Shown in pieces: positions 35,758 to 38,590 of a stretch of 38,590 nucleotides of DNA. The stretch is from NCBI GenBank assembly GCA_046582655.1, contig JAYGDX010000059.1:1-38590 (forward strand), given 5' to 3'. This stretch comes from Candidatus Poribacteria bacterium (lineage in GTDB: Bacteria > Poribacteria > WGA-4E > UBA9662). The stretch's first letter is position 1; every line of letters starts with the position of its first letter. The notes under the pieces were generated by a model. It saw nothing but the letters and a program-made list of their open reading frames with translations. It ran no database searches and was not told where the DNA came from. A program made the position numbers and the translations under genes.

Positions 35758-36891
35758 ATGGTCAACTATCTCTGTCATGTGTGTGATAAGACCTTCCCGG
35801 TAGATACCACTCGCTATAAATGTGAATGTGAAAACCCGCTCGACCTGACGCAATTAAAGATTTCATTTCCCCTTGAAGAAATTGCAAGACGAGATAATAA
35901 TCTGTGGCGTTATCGTGAAGCGCTACCGATTGCTAGCGAGGCATCAATTGTTTCGTTCAATGAAGGAATGACACCACTTGTCCCAACCAGTTCATCCGTG
36001 TGCGATCACCGATTAAAACTGGACTTTGTCTTTCCAACAGGATCTTATAAAGACCGAGGGGCATCCATTCTGCTGTCAAAAGCTCAAGAAGTGGGGATTC
36101 GTGAGATCGTCGAAGATTCTTCGGGGAATGCTGGCGCCGCAATTGCGGCCTATAGTGCCAGAGCGGGAATCGATTGCACCATCTATTGCCCATCTTCTAC
36201 GTCAACAGGCAAGTTGACCCAGATTTCAATGTACGGGGCGAAATTAAAACTGATTGAGGGTAGCCGCACCGATACAACGCAAGCGGTACTTCAAGCAACT
36301 GGAACAACCTTTTATGCCTCCCACAACTGGAATCCATTTTTTCTGGAAGGAACAAAGACAATCGCTTTCGAGATTGCAGAACAACTTGGTTGGAAAGCCC
36401 CAGATGGTGTTATCTGCCCTGTCGGTTTTGGCAGCATCTACTTAGGACTGTACATTGGATTCAACCAACTCTATGACCAGGGAGTAATTACAAAGATTCC
36501 TCGTTTGCTCGGTGTTCAATCTGCCGCATGTTGTCCGATCTATCAAGCTTATCACTATAATCAACCACAGATAGAAAAAACAACACTGGGCTATGATACC
36601 TTAGCTGAAGGTATCGTCTCAGAACTTCCAATTCGTTCTCAGATGATTATGGAAGCGATGAATTCAACTGATGGAGAATTCACAATTGTCAGTGAAGAAG
36701 AAATTGAGGATGGAATCAAAATCCTAGCAAGACAGGGTATATACGTAGAACCCACATCAGCTGTTGTGGTCAAGGCATTTGATCACTTTGTCCAAACTAG
36801 AACTATTCGTCACGATGACTTAATCGTTTCGATTTTAACGGGATCTGGACTTAAAGCTACCGATAAATTAACTGAAATTCTTTCAATGTAA
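35758..36891 (+). CDS. thrC: Threonine synthase-like PLP-dependent enzyme (fold type II)
   Basis: N-terminal Cys cluster, LWRY, EGMTPL, PTGSYKDRG (PLP Lys), DSSGNAG, EGTKT, EPTSA, LTGSGLK. May be a paralog with another substrate. Confidence 0.75.
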   Translation: MVNYLCHVCDKTFPVDTTRYKCECENPLDLTQLKISFPLEEIARRDNNLWRYREALPIASEASIVSFNEGMTPLVPTSSSVCDHRLKLDFVFPTGSYKDRGASILLSKAQEVGIREIVEDSSGNAGAAIAAYSARAGIDCTIYCPSSTSTGKLTQISMYGAKLKLIEGSRTDTTQAVLQATGTTFYASHNWNPFFLEGTKTIAFEIAEQLGWKAPDGVICPVGFGSIYLGLYIGFNQLYDQGVITKIPRLLGVQSAACCPIYQAYHYNQPQIEKTTLGYDTLAEGIVSELPIRSQMIMEAMNSTDGEFTIVSEEEIEDGIKILARQGIYVEPTSAVVVKAFDHFVQTRTIRHDDLIVSILTGSGLKATDKLTEILSM

Positions 36892-36920
36892 AAGATGGTA
36901 TGGATATTTGTAATGCAAAC

Positions 36921-36949
36921 TTGATTTGCACCCAGAATAACTGCATAAT
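36921..36949 (+). promoter_or_regulatory. Putative promoter of the PqaA-family gene
   Basis: TTGATT (36921-36926), 17 bp, CATAAT (36944-36949), 46 bp upstream of the ATG. Confidence 0.45.
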
Positions 36950-36995
36950 TACAATTATTATCCTGTCTAAATAGAAGAATCAAAAGGACAATTTC

Positions 36996-38312
36996 ATGAA
37001 ATTTTGTTGGGCAGTTACCTTCTTATGTTCACAGATGTTTTCAATATCAACAACGGTATCCATTGGGGGTCCTTTGCATGATTATGTTAAACGTCCTGAA
37101 CCAAAGTTCAGTTGGAAACAAACAAGTGGTCAAATAGATCATAATTTGGGTACGATTTATTCCCTAAGACTAACTTCTCAGGAATGGAAAGGCATCGTGT
37201 GGCAACATAATCTGCAAGTTTTTGTGCCAGCAGAATTAATTTATCCTAGTACCATGCTGCTAGTCGTTAGTGGGGGGTCAAACAGCAGTCAACCCGATAA
37301 GGAAGATATGGAATTGGGATTAAAGTTAGCGAACTTATCTGGCTCTGCCTGTGCGGTGTTGTCGCAAGTACCAAATCAGCCGCTCTATGATGGGAAAGGT
37401 GAAGATGACCTGATTGCTCATACTTTTGAAAAGTATCTTGAGTTGGAAGATGCAACTTGGCTGTTGCTCCTGCCGATGGTTAATAGCGCAATCAAGGCAA
37501 TGGACGCTTTGCAAACATTTATAAATCAAACCTTGCAGGTGACAATCAAAGATTTTGTTATTATGGGTGCTTCTAAACGTGGTTGGACAAGTTGGCTAAC
37601 TGCCGCTGTCGACTCCCGAATTAAAGCAACAATGCCGATTGTCATCGATACACTAAATATGCCGGATCAGATGAAGTATCAGCTGGAAGTATGGGGGAGT
37701 TACAGTGAGGAAATAGGTGATTATACAGTCCGAGGAATTCAGGATCATCTAGGTACGGAAATGGGGCAAAATCTTGTATCCATTGTCGATCCCTACAGTT
37801 ATCGCGAGCAGTTAACGATGCCTAAACTGTCAGTGATTGGCACAAATGACAACTATTGGGTTCTAGACGCAATGAATCTTTACTGGGATGGTTTGCCAGA
37901 TCCCAAGTATGTACTTTATGTTCCTAATTCTGGCCACAATTTAGAGGATCGTGAGCGTGCAATCTCCGGGCTAACCGGCTTCTATCGCTTTGTCGCCTCA
38001 GACAGAGATCTACCCAGCATAACTTGGAAACATTCACAGGAAAATGATAGGTTGCAACTCCATTATAAATCTGATCAAAAACCCGTAGAAGCCAGATTAT
38101 GGGTTGCGGCTTCGATAAATCGGGATTTTCGAAACGCAATCTGGTTATCAGTACCTGCAAAATTACTAGATAATGGTGCCTTTGTTGGTGAGTTGATTTT
38201 ATCCCCGACACATTACGTTGCAATACTAGGAGAACTAATTTTTATGATTGACGGTCAACCTTGTCCTCTTTCCACACAGGTTAGTATAGGAACCCCGCTA
38301 GTTCAACAATAA
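36996..38312 (+). CDS. PqaA family (PhoPQ-activated pathogenicity-related) alpha/beta-hydrolase-like protein
   Basis: LTSQxW, VPNQPL, EDDLIA, LPMV, GASKRGWT, VDPYSY, PNSGH; signal-like N-terminus. Confidence 0.85.
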   Translation: MKFCWAVTFLCSQMFSISTTVSIGGPLHDYVKRPEPKFSWKQTSGQIDHNLGTIYSLRLTSQEWKGIVWQHNLQVFVPAELIYPSTMLLVVSGGSNSSQPDKEDMELGLKLANLSGSACAVLSQVPNQPLYDGKGEDDLIAHTFEKYLELEDATWLLLLPMVNSAIKAMDALQTFINQTLQVTIKDFVIMGASKRGWTSWLTAAVDSRIKATMPIVIDTLNMPDQMKYQLEVWGSYSEEIGDYTVRGIQDHLGTEMGQNLVSIVDPYSYREQLTMPKLSVIGTNDNYWVLDAMNLYWDGLPDPKYVLYVPNSGHNLEDRERAISGLTGFYRFVASDRDLPSITWKHSQENDRLQLHYKSDQKPVEARLWVAASINRDFRNAIWLSVPAKLLDNGAFVGELILSPTHYVAILGELIFMIDGQPCPLSTQVSIGTPLVQQ

Positions 38313-38323
38313 AAACAAGATAC

Positions 38324-38364
38324 CAAAAAAGGCCAAATCCATGGCACCGGATTTGGCCTTTTTG
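38324..38364. terminator. Bidirectional rho-independent terminator
   Basis: Perfect 15-bp inverted repeat AAAAAGGCCAAATCC / GGATTTGGCCTTTTT with an 8-nt loop, between the convergent PqaA-family gene and groEL. Confidence 0.92.
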
Positions 38365-38383
38365 TAATACGCTCGAACTGTAT

Positions 38384-38590
38384 TTAATACATTCCGCCCA
38401 TGCCACCATCCGGTGGACCTGCAGGCATTGGAGGCGTCTCCTCCGGAAGGTCCGCAACTAGGGCTTCCGTGGTTATCATCAAACCAGAAATACTTGACGC
38501 ATTCTGTAAAGCCACACGTACCACTTTGGTCGGATCTATCACACCCGCTTGGAACATATCACTAAACTCATCTCTCAAGGCGTCATAGCC
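38384..38590 (-). CDS. groL: Chaperonin GroEL, C-terminal part (5'-truncated by the window)
   Basis: Frame is open to the window edge (GYDALRDE...). [19 protein letters not shown]...TTE and a GGMGGMY tail. Confidence 0.97.
   Translation of the reverse strand, partial: GYDALRDEFSDMFQAGVIDPTKVVRVALQNASSISGLMITTEALVADLPEETPPMPAGPPDGGMGGMY

Overview
Bacterial chromosomal window, mostly housekeeping genes. In order: 3' end of a 2-oxoacid:ferredoxin oxidoreductase beta subunit; a 505-bp hairpin-rich intergenic region; an apparent operon of S9 peptidase, polA, panB, a TIM-barrel sugar isomerase/epimerase and a double-length UvrA (1836 aa, two fused copies); a convergent 3934-aa secreted multidomain protein; tRNA-Pro(GGG); hom, lysC, yceD, rpmF, fabH, fabD, fabG, acpP, fabF, folK; a secreted glucose/sorbosone dehydrogenase and a creatininase-family gene on the minus strand; a thrC-like gene; a PqaA-family hydrolase; a bidirectional terminator; and the 3' end of groEL. 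Best leads: (1) two unrelated secreted proteins end in the same gap-free 90-aa domain (NYPNPFNPxTWIP...), a candidate export/sorting signal of a style I associate with Candidatus Poribacteria (inference); (2) the giant protein appears to carry both cohesin-like domains and a dockerin; (3) the fused UvrA is asymmetric; (4) lysC has a nested in-frame start for a beta subunit. I saw no CRISPR array, transposase, integrase or rRNA. All domain calls are by-eye motif recognition, not database hits.
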